The notes: generated by a model from the letters alone, not told the origin. 63,340 bases of DNA, filler included, from Choristocarpus tenellus KU-1152 (GCA_964200185.2; 11 parts of 11 records of this genome joined end to end with filler, not necessarily neighbours in it); one strand, 5' to 3'. Positions 12,970-26,481 are shown, numbered from the whole stretch's first letter. Program-made: numbers and translations.

Positions 12970-15900
12970 CTGCCACAGAGCCCTGTTCCTTCTTCCCCGC
13001 TCACACTACATTTCCTTATAATGATCAAGGCGTTACATGCTCCACTCCTCAGTCCAGGAGACATCGATACCTCTCGAGGCAGAGCTCCTGTGCCCTTCCT
13101 AAAGCTCTTGGCAATGCCCAAAAGGGACGTTGGTGCTTTGGGGAGCAGGGGGGATCTCAGTGTCCGTGGAGAGGCGAAAGGCTTGGAGGAGGACCGGCTC
13201 TATTTGGACCAGGAGGTACCTCTGGGGAGGGAAGGTTCAGGGGAGGTGGAAGGGGAGGCTTTGCCATCCTTGTTAACTGTATCTGAGGAGAGGTCCCGTA
13301 TGGGGGTTAGCTACACCTTTGCCAGGGGTTCGTTTATTTTCAGCTTGGTGGGACTTTGTGATACTCTTGCAGGGGCTAAGGCTGTCAGGCAGGCTGTCTC
13401 TCAGGTTAATGACCCTGCTGCTTGTACCAGTGGTGTTGGTGGACTTGGGGGGGTGAAGGGCTCCAAAGGCCTGTCAAGAGGGTGAGCTTTGCAGGAGGTA
13501 TTCAATTGGAGAGGAGGTATCTATGTTTTCACAGTTTGGGCGACTCCTAAGAATGTTATTGTGTATGTTATTCTAAGAATGTTGTACTGTATGTTATTTG
13601 TAGTATTGTGTTTGATCGTGTGACCCTTGAGTGAAGAGGGTTAGGGTTAGGGTTAGGGGTTACAGGAACTGCACAGAATGAATGATTGAAAGGGAAAGTG
13701 GTGAGGAGGTCCAAATCGAGGACAGTTCGCAGGATTGGTGCTAGCTATCCTGTGCTTGTTTGATGTTTGTTGACTTTCTTGACAATAGTACATTTGTTTA
13801 ATGTTAGTAGTAATAGAGAGACAAGGGGGGTGTTTCTCAATAATGCTTGCTATGTTGATTAGGCTATTGATAGCAGCGACTGCTCTGATTATGGGCTTGA
13901 AATGTTGAATAGAGGTTAGGGCTAGGGTTAGGGTTAGGGTTGATGTGAAATTTTCAACGATACTTGTAACCCTAACCCTATGTATGACCTCTTCTGGACA
14001 AAATCAACTGAGAGGAGGGGGCCCTTGATTTCTAAGGGTTGAGGTTAGAGTGGTTTTTTGTAACCCTAACCCTAACCCTAACCCTAACCCTTGATTTCTA
14101 AGACCCCCCCTGACTTTGGGGTGGCACAAGTTTTGAAGAACACGGTCTACGGGTGAGTAGTTCAGTTCATTTTGACAGTTTGGTGAGAGTGTTCAGTTTG
14201 AAGACAGAAGTTGTCCTTGGGTTACACTCTTTGTTGAATGCCTTCCCTTTCCTTACAAAAACTTGGAAGACTCCTAAAAAGACTCATGAACAGTCAAGAC
14301 CCGCACCTCTTTCAGTTAAGTCAACTCTCTATTGTTTGTGCTAATAGAGGCTTGTTGTGTCACTGCCTGTACTGATGTCTTAGTTCTCTTAATTCTCTTC
14401 TTGCAACATATAGCAACTGGAAGTAGACTGTTGGTAAACCCCCTTCTCCTCACAGATAGATATGGAGGATTCTCCCTCCAGATAAATGCTGTGATGGGAG
14501 CAAGGAATTCAATAACAATAGTAGTATTCATAATTGTAATAATATTTGTAATCATAATTGTAATCGTAATCATAGTAATAATCATAAGCATAGTCATAAT
14601 CTTAATCATAATCATGACAAGTATTCCTGCTGATCTTATCATCATGCACACAACTTGAGTATTGTACTGAACATCTAACCTACCTCATCAACCCTAACCC
14701 TTGCTTGTGCTGTGGATTGGACTGGGTTGCCAATTAGAACAGGCACCCTATTACTCAAATGATCAATGGGGGAGTCCTCAAAAGGGTTTCTACGTGGATA
14801 CGTGAAGTAGGCGTTATGTGTCGGGGGAATGTGTTGGCCTTCTGGGATAGTGTCTGCAGGAGTGTGGTCTGCCATTACTGCAAGAAATGCACTAGGGGTG
14901 AAGGTGCTATTGAGAGTGGCACCAAGGGCCAAGGGAAGCACAAGGGCAGTCTTCAGGCTATGTATCAACCACTCAAGGTGACATGCATGCAAGGTGTAAT
15001 TGTGAGGATAGGAGTGTAGATGAGTTTTTATTGCTTAGGGTTAGGGTTGTGGGTATGGCAATGTGTAGGATTCTGAGTAGCTTTGCTTTTTCTGTAGGAG
15101 GAGTCCTTTCAAGATGTGCTAAGATGGCCTTGATGTTGTACCCTGTTTGTTTTTTTGAGGAGGATGAAATAAGTTACATTGATTTTCTTTTAGTTAGACT
15201 CTCCAATCTGTATCCAGTGGATAATCCAGCTGTGCAATGTTCTAAAGTGCTCCAGAGTGCTCCAGAGCGTTAAAAATATTGAAATGTACTCAAGATTTTT
15301 TTTTGTATATTTTTGTCCCTGATGTTCTGACACGGACGTCACAGTGTCTAGATTTTTTTTAATTGAGATCACATTTCCCCCTCCTTTCCACTCTTGTACT
15401 GTATATGGAGTAGATTTTAGTTCTACTTTTTTGAGTTATACTTACTATTATTCCTATTACTGCCATTATCATTATCTTCACTATTGTTATCACTAATATT
15501 ATTTGTAGTATCACTTTATATTATGTAAGAGCCTTATCATTATCTTCACTATTGTTATCACTAATATTATTTGTAGTATCTCTTTGTATTATGTAAGAGC
15601 CTTATCATTATCTTCACTATTATCACTAATATTATTTATAGTATCACTTTATATTATGTAAGAGCCTTATCATTATCTTCACTATTGTTATCACTAATAT
15701 TATTTGTAGTATCACTTTATATTATGTAATGGCCTTACCATTATCTTCACTATTATCACTAATATTATTTGTAGTATCACTTTATATTAAGTTAGCCTAA
15801 TACTTTGTGCATACCCTCAGAATTCTCAGGTAAGTGCATTGAAATGCCAGATACCTACCCTAACCCTAAGGATTAGGATTTTTCACATACACTCTATCCC

Positions 15901-18900
15901 TGATCGTATCCCTAACCCTACAATCAGGAGCGTATTGGAGTAATACAAATTTCTTTGTTCCAACTCCTCCTTTGTTGACAAACTTAATACCTGAATGAAG
16001 TATGAAGAGTGAAACATGAACCATGCTGTATTCTCACTCTAGGGTTAGGGTTAGGGTTTGATGATTCGGTTAGGAATGCATCTAAATTAGCTACCACATT
16101 CCTACATCTCTGTACACAGTCCTTGTGCTCTCATAACATCTTTACAACTAATTTATATACCATTGTAACAGTACTTTACAATGTTCCTCTCACTCTGATA
16201 GTAGTATGAAGTTCTCAATGGTACACGCATCATGTGTGCTCTTATCAACCTCTATTGTACTACTAGACCAGTTCTTGTGCCTACCACTCTAGTGCACAGT
16301 TAAAGGTACTCTTTTGTACCATGTCTTGGAGTACACAGTCCCTATCTTCCGCGTCTCCTTCCCTAACCCTACCCTACCTTCAAGATGCTTTGAGGTCCAG
16401 CAGTCGTTCTTTTCTTGCCCACATATCACACACACACACACACACTCATGCCCTCCATTGCAGGTGGCTCTATCTCTGACACTGTGTGCGCTGTTCCCTC
16501 TGGTGGGAGTACTTAGTAGGCGGTTTGACCCAGCAGTTTGGGTGCCTGTGACTGCAGTCTTTGTGATAGCAGACAACAGCTCCATTGCGGTTTCTACCAG
16601 CCAACTACGCCTCATGGGAACTGTGTTGGTGTGTGTGTGTGTGTGTGTGTGTACCCCACCCTAACCCTATTGTTGCTCTCTGTATGTATGGTGTAGTATT
16701 GGTGGGATATTAAAGATGCAACACAAGTGATTTTTTGGTGGCAGAAGATCTGAGCTGGTGATAAAGGTAGGGTTAAGGGTTAGGGTTAGGGTTAGGAATT
16801 TGGAATGTTTGAGACTGAGATTAATTGTACTCTTGAGGCCTAAATGCAAGGAGAGTTCTTGTCCATCGGGGGAGTGTCCAAGGCCTGGAAGGTATTTTGC
16901 AGGTGATGTGACAGGGTATCAGCAATATTCCAGTCAGTGAGTCGTTCCTCAGGAGTCTGGAGGGGAGTGGTAGATGAGGAGTAAGGATGCCAGATTGGCT
17001 GTTGCATGTTGTCATAGCTGATTATCGGATGAAGTTGTACCCTTGATTGTTGGATGGAGGTGTACCCTCAGTTCGTGAAGTTCTTGCTTGAGTTTGCTGC
17101 TTGACTGTGAGCGATTCCGTGACTTTCAAGTACAGTATGTGTTTCCTTTCCTCTGATACTGTGTTATGGTTAGGGTTAGCACAGCAAGGGAAAGTACATA
17201 GGGTTGGGGTTATCATTGGATTTTTCCGTTACACTCTTCAGCAACACAATGAGATAGTTCATTGCTTCGTTTCTTCATTGCTTTATTGATACTTGTTTCT
17301 TGCTTGATGCTCATCCATGGACCTCCCTCCTCTGCTGGAAAAATGTGTCTGATGAAAGGGGGCTGTCTACGGAATCTTTGCTGCTGAGTTGTCTGATGCA
17401 CAGCCAGGTCAGCCTTACACCTGGAAGACCTTTGCCACCCTCATGCCCTGGGTGAGAGATGAGGCATCATGCATTCGATGTTCTATTCTGCCTGATCGAT
17501 CCCCTTTATCTTAGGGTTAGGGTTAGGGTTAGGGTTAGGGTGGCGATGATGGTGGTGACTTCATTGCTTAGACTGTCTAGATTTTCTGGCACGGAGTGTG
17601 TGTTATTCTATGGGACTAGTTTTCACTTGCTTTCAACTTTTTCCAGAACACCTTGCTGTTTACTATTTGTTTTCCTTATTTTCCTGGGAAGATACTCTTT
17701 GATGTATCTTCCATACTGCGCACGTTATCAAACTTAAAAAAGCAAGGGTTAGGGTTAGGGTTGGTCCCCTCTCTCTTGTGAGGGACAAGTTCCCTAGCCC
17801 TAAGAAAAAGAAGAAGCAATGTGTTTTTTCATGATCCCATGTTCGTACTTGTTTGCTTTTCTTGTTCTAACCCTAACCCTAACATTTTCTTGTTCACCCC
17901 CCGAGACATGACTAACCCTAACTCTAAGTCAACACTTTGACAGAATAAGACCCACTCCTACGCGGCGAGTCCTTGTCTCTCAATGAGAGAAACGTCCAAG
18001 TCGAACTGGCTGTACTGGTTGTATGTGAGCCCTTCAACCCTAAATCCTTGGTCTATTTTCCTAAGGTGGCGTTTACGTGCTTCTTCCGGCACAGCTCGAC
18101 CTATGACTATGCTGCCATTGTAGCTGCCTTCACAGCGGTCCTTATGTTCACTGGTAGCACCACGGTATTGGGTGAGGGTGGCGACTCAACTGCTCTCCGA
18201 AGGATAGAGAGCACCATGGTTGGCATTTTTATCTACCTTGCTGTGGACATCTTCATAGGTGATGCAGTGTGATGTGGTGTGATGTGGTGTGATGTAGTGT
18301 GACGTGATGCGACGGTTGACTTCCTTTCTAACGTAGTTTTTTTTTTTCAATTTGATTTTTTAGCTTCGGATAAGGCTGGGGGACTTAAGGCTTAGGGTTA
18401 GGGTTAGGGTTAGACTTAAGGTGGTGTGGAAAGACGACGTGGGTATGAATTGATTTTGTCGCAGAGAGGGTACACCTTGGTTAGGTGTCTGTGGGATATA
18501 CCTCACTGTGAAGATGACGTTGCTGCTCCTTTTCTGACCCTAACCCGAACATTGTTGCGCTTTATGGCATGCAAGCACAGAGAACATCAGGTCTTAACCT
18601 CGAACAGGTCAGCTTGTTGAAGGATTAGGGGCTAGGGATAGGGCTAGGGTTAGATCACTTGCATGAGAAAAGGGTTAGGGTTGGGGTTAGATACACTTGC
18701 ATGAGAAAATATGGTGCTATTCGAGTGCTCTCAATACAGGCTACTTGACTTGGGATTTCCAAGTATAGAGCTAATGTACTTCTCCCTGAGACTACTGATA
18801 ATGTGGTAGAAAGTTTTGAAGAAACTACAGTTGAATTGTTTGGGGTGAGCATGTTGTTGTTTGGAAGATGAACTTGCTCACGAGATGGAGGCATTATTTG

Positions 18901-21721
18901 TTGGTCGTGGTACAGCTCGATGTGGTACAGGGATAGAGGAGTAAGCAACTAAACAATGTTTTTTTCTTATTGAGCATGTTGATAAATCACAATACTGAGA
19001 CCTGCATTTGTTGTCCTATTACTCCCTTTATAGTCAGGGTTAGAGTTAGGGTTAGGGTAAGTGATGCCCTGCCATTGGTTGATTCCACAATCTCTCCCCA
19101 ACTTTACAACTGTTGCAGCAATTACTACGAAACGAGTACATGTTACACCTTGAATGGGGGCGTTGACCTTGTCTTGTACCTGCCATGTACCCACCATGAT
19201 CACTGCCTCATCCAAGGATCCTTGTCCTGCTTCTATCAAGACCTTTTGCGTCAGTCATGTCATTAGTGATGTTTAACAAAGACCTGTTCCCGACCAACAC
19301 CTTCACCCTGTAAGATAGCCGTTTCCTCTGAGTTTCACGATATATATATATATATCGTATATATATATATATTACCATTATTACAGCAACCACTGAATCC
19401 CAAGTTGACTTGAACCCTTGACCAAACAAACCATGCATCACCATTATTGCTGTCCCCTCTGCATCCATTCTCCTCTCTCAGCCCCCGTCCGCTCCAAGGC
19501 TCTCCTCAATGATCAGATCTCTCTCGCCATGGAAGCTGCCCTGACAGAGGTCAACCTATGCGAGCTGAAGCTCTTTGATGGAAGGGATGGGACCTCGTTC
19601 CTGGGACAATGTCTTAGTGCACACACCGATGGAATGCCACAAGACGGTTCACGGGTAGATTCACTGTTTGTGGATAGGGACTCCAATGGGGAAGAAGTTG
19701 GAACACTGGAGGAGGGGAGGATCAGTGTTCCAACTTCTTCCCCCTCGATAGATTTACGTATGGAAAGTGAGTGGGTTAGGGTTAGGGTTAGGGTGTCAGG
19801 GTAAGGGGATTGGCATTTGGTTAGTGTTTTTGATTTTGAGCAGTATGTAGTGCATAGCTGATTACATTGTCTAACACTATTGGTACCTTGGTCTGATAGC
19901 TATTGGGCATTTGGTAGAGCGATAGATACTGCACTTAGAAATTGTTTAGGGTTAGGGCTGGTCTCCCATACTTCTCCATGTGCTTTCATAGTGCACAATA
20001 CACATAGTCTCCAAGGTAGGGGAGGGGTGGTAGGGATATGTTGTTGTGGTGCAGTCCAAAATGAACATTTCTGACTGATGGCAAGACACACTGTATCATC
20101 TTTTTTTTATTTCCAACCCGAGTTTTAGCGAATTGACGTTGACATGATGGAAACGTACCAATCAGCACTGTTCACAAGTCCCCCTAACCAATCACAAGAG
20201 GAATTGCCAGGAGACCTGCCGCTTCGTTTTTTTTTTATCTTTTCCCCTCCTTGATCTTAGTGACAGTCTTTGTTTTCTTAGTCAATTCCTCTCTTGTAAT
20301 CTTCTAAAGTGTTGGGGAATGTTGGTAGTGCTGATGCTCTCTGATCGCAGGTGGAATGGATGATGCTGGGATTGGCATGTGACGATGCAAATCTGTGCTT
20401 TGGCGGGGGGGGTTTTGTACTCAGTTTTGGTACAAACCCAAGGAACCCTAACCCTAACCCTAACCCTAACCCAAGGAACTATCCTTGCTCAAAATACACA
20501 TTTCTTTATTCCATTTCCTAGCCTACATGCTTCTGTAAGTCCAGAGCATCCCCAGCTAAAATTGACACTGATCTGCTCCATTGCTGATTTCTTGAGGAGA
20601 GCAGAATGCCTGGGAGACCTCATGTCATTGTTGCAACGGCAAGCACAGTACCTTCACCAGGCACAGACTGAGCCTCAGCTATGGTACCACCCCTTCCCAA
20701 CATCAGCCTATCAATCTTTGCTGGCTGCAGAGGAGCAGGTGATGTGTTGGGAAATTGCACTGGACTTCCTTTTTCACTGGAAGAGTTGATGGCTTATCTC
20801 ATTTGAAATTTCTCTGGTAGACCATCGGGATGTTGTTTTATTAACCAGAGCTGTGCAAGTGGCTTTTAATTATTGATGTTTGTCGAAAGTGTTTGTGGGT
20901 ATGATTTCAACCAAACACAAGATGTATCAGATATACTGGACTAGGATCGAAACATGTGTGATGCTCTCAAAGCATGTGATAGGTTGCCTACAAGTCCCAC
21001 GAGGAGATTCCAGTTGAAGTCGTAGGTCACATACGCACAAGCAAATTACTATCTGAATGTTTCTATTTTAAACTCAATGTCAATAATTTTTTTTCTTCAA
21101 TTCAGCTGCGTCAATCCTTCTGATTCAGAACGCAATTTGCATTTGATGCTTGAGTTTGATAAGTTTCGAACATGTGGGTTAGGGTTAGGGAACGACCCAA
21201 GGAGAAAAACTTTTGACTTAGGGTTAGGGTTATGGGCCCGTTCATGAGAAGGGCAACTATTTATGACATTTTTTTTGTTATAAGAGGTGTGTTCCAACAA
21301 ACGCCTTCCTGTTCCTCTCTCGGTGATGGCCTCTTTGGTGCTGCGAGTGTGCTCCCTCGACCGATACGCCTTTGCCATGTTGGCGTAACCGTCATGTTTA
21401 AATGTCCCTGATCAGGCGGGTACTGTTCTTCACACGGATGTGTTTGCTCGTGGTTGGTGAGCTATGTCTTTGTCTCCATGTCTTCATTGATGAGGTGCAT
21501 TGCGGTTGTGTTTGTTTGACCAATGCACACATGTTTTCCACGTATACTCTTGAAATGTTGTGACTGTTTCTACTCTCTTGTCGCTAGGTGCTGTTAGCGC
21601 TGTCCCTCCTGTCACGTGCAGCTCAAGTGGCCTCCAAGGATTGCTTTAGTGCACACTGGCAAAACGAGGTCAGGGCAACTCTCATGACCTGCACGGGTAT
21701 CACCACACTTCCTTCCTCCCC
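8877..21721 (+). CDS. FUSC / aromatic acid exporter (ArAE, ALMT-related) membrane transporter, multi-exon, truncated at both ends
   Basis: Phase-consistent GT-AG exons: 8877-8973, 10079-10222, 12250-12485, 13053-13481, 14743-14977, 16464-16628, (unresolved exon or exons), 18066-18258, 19482-19766, about 20545-20738, 21588-21721. Motifs: YQPLK|VALSLTLCA, WVPVTAVFV...STSQLRLMGTVL, YAAIVAAFTAVLM...ALRRIESTMVGIFIYLAVDIFIAPVRS, EPQLWYHPFPTSAYQSLL, typical of FUSC_2-type proteins. Confidence 0.8.
9161..9300. repeat. 70-bp tandem duplication built from AAGTACC sub-repeats
   Basis: 9161-9230 and 9231-9300 differ at one base. Confidence 0.9.
11061..11245. repeat. 21-bp minisatellite x about 9
   Basis: Unit GTACCTCTCAGTTGGTATGAT. 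Produces the repetitive YQLRGTS ORFs. Confidence 0.95.
15466..15788. repeat. 65-68 bp AT-rich minisatellite x about 5
   Basis: Unit TTATCATTATCTTCACTATTGTTATCACTAATATTATTTGTAGTATCACTTTATATTATGTAAGAGCC starts at 15466, 15534, 15602, 15667 and 15735. Confidence 0.95.
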
Positions 21722-23924
21722 NNNNNNNNNNNNNNNNNNNNNNNNNNNNNNNNNNNNNNNNNNNNTTAATTAATTAANNNNNNNNNNNNNNNNNNNNNNN
21801 NNNNNNNNNNNNNNNNNNNNNGCTTTACAACACCAAGATTCCTCTTCCTTCGTAGTCTATGTATCATATACAATGCATTCGATTCAGGTTTCAACAAGTA
21901 ACATGTGCTCTTTATCGAGAATAAAATAGTTCCCTTTCACAGGTCAGAATAACCAGAAAAATGCAATACTGTACTACGAAATGTCACAATAGGCTCTTCA
22001 CCGAAAAAATATATTTGATCGTCATGGAATTTGAATTTCTTTACTCGCCTCTGTAATTTGCATCAATTGTTCCAAGTTGACATAAAAAAAGATTAATTCT
22101 GACCTCTAACTTTGGTGCACTCTATACTACCCCCTCCCAGCATTAAAATGGTATAAAGCAATATTAGTACTTGTCCAGTTGGTACCGTGTCTCTCCCTTC
22201 CATGTCAGAGATGCGCATGTTTTGTAACTTTTGAACCAGATCTCCAAATACTAGGATTAGCCCAGATGCAAACTGAATTTGATGTTATTCCGTGACCTTT
22301 GGGACAGATTCTCTCAAAGAGAACAAGGATATCTGTTGATTTAATGAGGTCGTATTCGGAGATCTACCTATTTTTTGTAGGTGTATACTCTGATTAGGTC
22401 AAACGCGAACTTACTCTTACAGTGTCTTTCGACGATTGGAGATTCATCCTCAAAATAAGCAAGGGGATACTTCGATCATTTTTAGAAACAACTGGTTTAT
22501 TTGGAACTGGAGTCCCTGTGCTGGAAACAACTGGAAAATTTGAATCCGGAAGTCCCTGTGAAACCAATTTGGGAAGTATTTCTTTTGGAACTTTTGGCTT
22601 GTGATCCAATGGCAACCAATACATGCTGGTGCAGCACAATTGAGGTAATTGAAGATGTATTTTGTCCTAGGCTATGGCAATCGCTTATGGTAAAGACTAA
22701 TTTCACTCTGAGGGGCATGTTGCAGGCGATTGGCATGTCTGCTTTCGCACTCTAACCAGTGTGAATAGTCTAGGTATGAAATTCCCTACTTCTGTTATAT
22801 TTGCTATGACACTCCCTATTTAATGATATTGTGATATATTGTTCTTATTTGTTTATATATGATTGTGAGGCATTATCTTGGTGTCCTGCAGTTGTTTGTA
22901 TTTGTAGTTCTGAAGAGGGGGGAGTCTATGGCAGTACCCTAATTCAGTTTTATTGTGATTTTGCGCCTGTATTCATTTGTGTTGATAGTTGTGAATGGGC
23001 AAAGTCTTGCTATGACACTCCCTATTTTTATGTTATTGTGAGAGGGTTGTATTTATTTGGTTATATGTTCATAGTGCGTAGGGAGGGTAAGCCTTTCCAT
23101 GGCAACCTATCTCTTCGTGACTGTCAGATATTGTCTTGGTATCCTGCAGTCTTTTGTGTTTATAGTTCTCAAGGGGAGAGTGTTTCCCTGGCAGCACCCT
23201 CTTTCTCTGTGACTGTAGGACATTATTTTTGCCTCCGTATTTCTTTATGTCCCATGGTTTTGAAAAGGGGAGAGTCCCTTCAGAACGGTATCCTATTTTG
23301 ACACACGAGTATAAGAATCAAGTGTACGAGGTTTCTTTTGAATGTTGAGTCAAATGCAGAGTGAGTGCCGTGAAGTGCTAGTGTCACGCTAGCATATCTA
23401 TCCTATCGTCAGGGCAAACTTTCGAAGGGTTTTTTCCCTCTAAGTTTCCTACTCCGTTGGATCCCCAACGCAGGCTAGTGTATGTAAGGATCCAGAGGTG
23501 ATATTCGTTTCATTTATGCAACGTCAATGATAGGGCAAGGAGCGACAATTTATTTCCTTGTCCAATTGCCTATTTTTCGCACTGAAGCAGTTATGCTTCA
23601 TGCTAGGGGGGCATATTGCAGGCGATATGTCTCGATGGTGGTTTCATTAACGCCATTATGACCTTTAAGTCGTAGATTTTATATATTTGTACATCTCAAC
23701 TATTCACTTGGTATTTGGTAACTATGGTCCCCCAAGGAGATGGGACATCGTTGACCAGTTCCTTTTATATCCTGATGATACTTATGAAGTGACTAATGGA
23801 AGTGAGATACAGCATACGTGACGACTTGTGCATCATAGAGCCCTTGTACGAGCTTCATGGTCCGCATACATTCTTATGGGTTGGAGCTGCATATCTTATC
23901 ATGGGAAGCTTGCAGAACGTTTTG

Positions 23925-24070
23925 TAACACATCGCCTTCATACTGCAGCGCTTATTCTGTCCCCATGGGGGTTTGAGGGGTCCTCAGTGGAGTACAGGTA
24001 CACTTCTTGCTCATCTTTGTGCATGTAAAGTCACTTCTCGTCCACATGCACCCAGTCATACACATCAAAA
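23925..24070 (-). pseudogene. Decayed Tc1/mariner (plant-type, DD39D-like) transposase fragment
   Basis: Minus-strand translation FDVYDWVHVDEK*LYMHKDEQEVYLYSTEDP, then after a frameshift WGQNKRCSMKAMC. This matches the VH(I/V)DEKWFY ... Q(S/N)KRFITKVMF signature, with TGG>TGA. Confidence 0.75.
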
Positions 24071-25024
24071 CATGAAATATTTATGGTGCATCATTATGTA
24101 CCCAGAATGTTAAACCTGAACAATTTTCATCCTCTTTAAGTATGCACACTTCAGAGTAGGTAGATAGTGTACAGATCTTTTCCTGCGAAAATAAGTATGT
24201 AACTAGAATAATTTTCTTTTCTACCTTAGTCTTTCTTATTTGTGAGAAGAATGTACACAAGCCCTCCACCTACCCCACCCTCCACTATATCCCAATTTCT
24301 CCATTATGGAGGGGCATAGGATTGAGAACTCAGCCAACAACGGGGTCGAGTGTTAGCACAAACATGACAACAGATCATTACCCTAGCCAACCCTTCCATC
24401 TTATGCTTTCCCCCCACTATTCCTGCTGCGATGGTGCAGATCTTTAGGTGCGGTGTTGCAAGGGGTAGCTATAACAGAGATGGTGCATATTTAACTGGTG
24501 AAAGGCGCAATGGCAGAGGAGAGGGTAGGAGGAGGAGGTGAGGGCAATATAGTGATGAAGCGGCATTCAGTTCATGCTTCGAAATGTTCAGATTGACGTG
24601 ATGCTTGACAAGCACTTGAGCCACACTTGATTGAGGTGAACTGCTACCCCCCTTTGGGGCTGGACGGACCTGCCGACAGGTGAGGTGAGGGTGAGGACGA
24701 TGCTGTTCCATTGGTGGGGAGGTGTATGTGTGGTTGTTGATGGATGAAAAATACACACCCTCGGTAGCAGCCTTTTCTCTGTGTGTGCAGGCAAGATATG
24801 TATTATGATTCATGGTTGCTGAAGTTCCTGTTCTACAATTTTTTGTTGAAAATTCTGTGTGGTATAAAACAAGTCTTCCAACTAGTGAGTATGATGATAT
24901 ATGTTCATGCACCATCTAGAAGCATAAATATATACCTTTGCACCAATCCAGATGAAATCTAGGTTACCACCAGGCCAATAAAAGTATACGTATGGGGACA
25001 CATAGACACAAACTCTTGAAGAAG

Positions 25025-25249
25025 GGGTCAACGTATCTGGGGGGTGGGGTGCCGGCGTCCAACTTTGACCCTGGCTCAAGGTATCAAGGGGGGGTGGCGG
25101 CTATCAATTTGGGGCCAATTTTTTCATGCCGCGATTTTTGGGTAACTTGGTTCCATACATTGGGTGGATAATTAAAGTGCGCTTTTCCTGGTTTTGGTCC
25201 AAACGGATACTCTGCTGTAGACCCCCCCCCCCCCAGATACTTTGGGGTC
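25025..25249. mobile_element. Sola-like MITE subfamily C (25073-25249) preceded by an orphan terminus (25025)
   Basis: GGCTCAAGGTATC ... CCCCAGATACTTTGGGGTC. Body aligns with 33851-34036, 52274-52450, 57655-57759 and 60287-60467. Confidence 0.75.
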
Positions 25250-25407
25250 ATGATGTGCTCAACGGACTAGGGCCGTGTTGCGGGACACATAACGTTCAAC
25301 ANNNNNNNNNNNNNNNNNNNNNNNNNNNNNNNNNNNNNNNNNNNNTTAATTAATTAANNNNNNNNNNNNNNNNNNNNNNNNNNNNNNNNNNNNNNNNNNN
25401 NAAAAAC

Positions 25408-25438
<31 letters not shown>

Positions 25439-26126
25439 CAACAAAAGGTGTGTGCCTATGTGCAAGAAAAAAACAATAAAATCCAGCATACATCGATTTT
25501 AGAAGTAGATTAATTCATCCAGAGCAATTCGATCACTACGATTCATAATACCACTTCTGGTTCTACATGTTCCCTTGCCCGGAAGACCACCAGGGGGCTG
25601 GGTGACCAAAATGTGCCTTCAACCAACCAAAAGACAGACAGTAAGGGTCACAAAATCTCAACACAGGTGCACGAAACTCCTCCTTGAAAATTGTTGTGGG
25701 GGACAAGCTACAGAACTGTACAACAGGGAACCAAGGAGATGCAACCTTGGAAGGCACGATCCAGGGAGGGAGGTGGGGGGATGCACGGCTGAAGAAGTGA
25801 TGGACCTACATCGTAACCACACCCATCCTTACTCCTCAAGAAGTGACAACTGCTTGGGTGTCAAAAAGTTGGCTCACCACAAGAATGCCCTCAAAATACT
25901 CTCCTATACAACAAGATTTTGTGGCACAAACAGCTTGCCAGGGCCTCAGTACTCCCACCCATCAAAATAACGAACGATCTCGTCCCATCCTTACACAACA
26001 AAAATAGGTACAATAGTTAGTACTGCAAGGTTCAGGCAATGGGAGGGAGAGGGAAGAAAGCCTTGATCGCTCAACTAAAGATGGCATTCAAGGCATATCC
26101 AACTCATTAAAAAGGTCTATGTTCAC

Positions 26127-26445
26127 CTGAGGGGTATCTGGACAATGATCTCATCTGCACCAATCTCCAATTTGGTATGCACACCTCGGACCTCCAGTCC
26201 ATACTTACGAATCTCTAGGCAGGGGAACTTGGCCCCGTTTTCCTCCAACCATTGCTCAAAAACAACCACCTTTTTTTTTGGTTGTCGCATGGAGGAGATC
26301 AGTGGGTAGAGGGGGGGGGGGGGGGGGGGCGGGGCAAAAAAAAGTAAAGCAAAAAAAAAAAAGTAAAAGGGGTGGGGGGGTTGGNNNNNNNNNNCCCCCC
26401 CCTAGCAACAAACACCCCCTTCTTTTTTTTGGGGTGGGGGGGGGG

Positions 26446-26481
<36 letters not shown>

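Larger units (their letters stand above)
8396..21232. repeat. About 30 dispersed short interstitial telomeric arrays, (TTAGGG)2-5 / (CCCTAA)2-5 and variants
   Basis: Examples: 10231-10294, 10398-10472, 11640-11664, 11787-11851, 13638-13661, 14061-14090, 16768-16796, 17511-17540, 18392-18413, 19773-19794, 20446-20472, 21176-21232. Nearly absent from the other ten contigs. Confidence 0.95.

Noticed and set aside
10118-17737. Short ORFs rich in RVRVRV, LGLGLG, NPNPN, LTLTLT, poly-L or poly-I
   Set aside because: Translations of telomeric and trinucleotide microsatellites in introns.
26311-26480. Long poly-G tracts around a 10-N gap (also poly-C at 56890-56965)
   Set aside because: Homopolymer lengths are unreliable and likely include sequencing or assembly artefacts.
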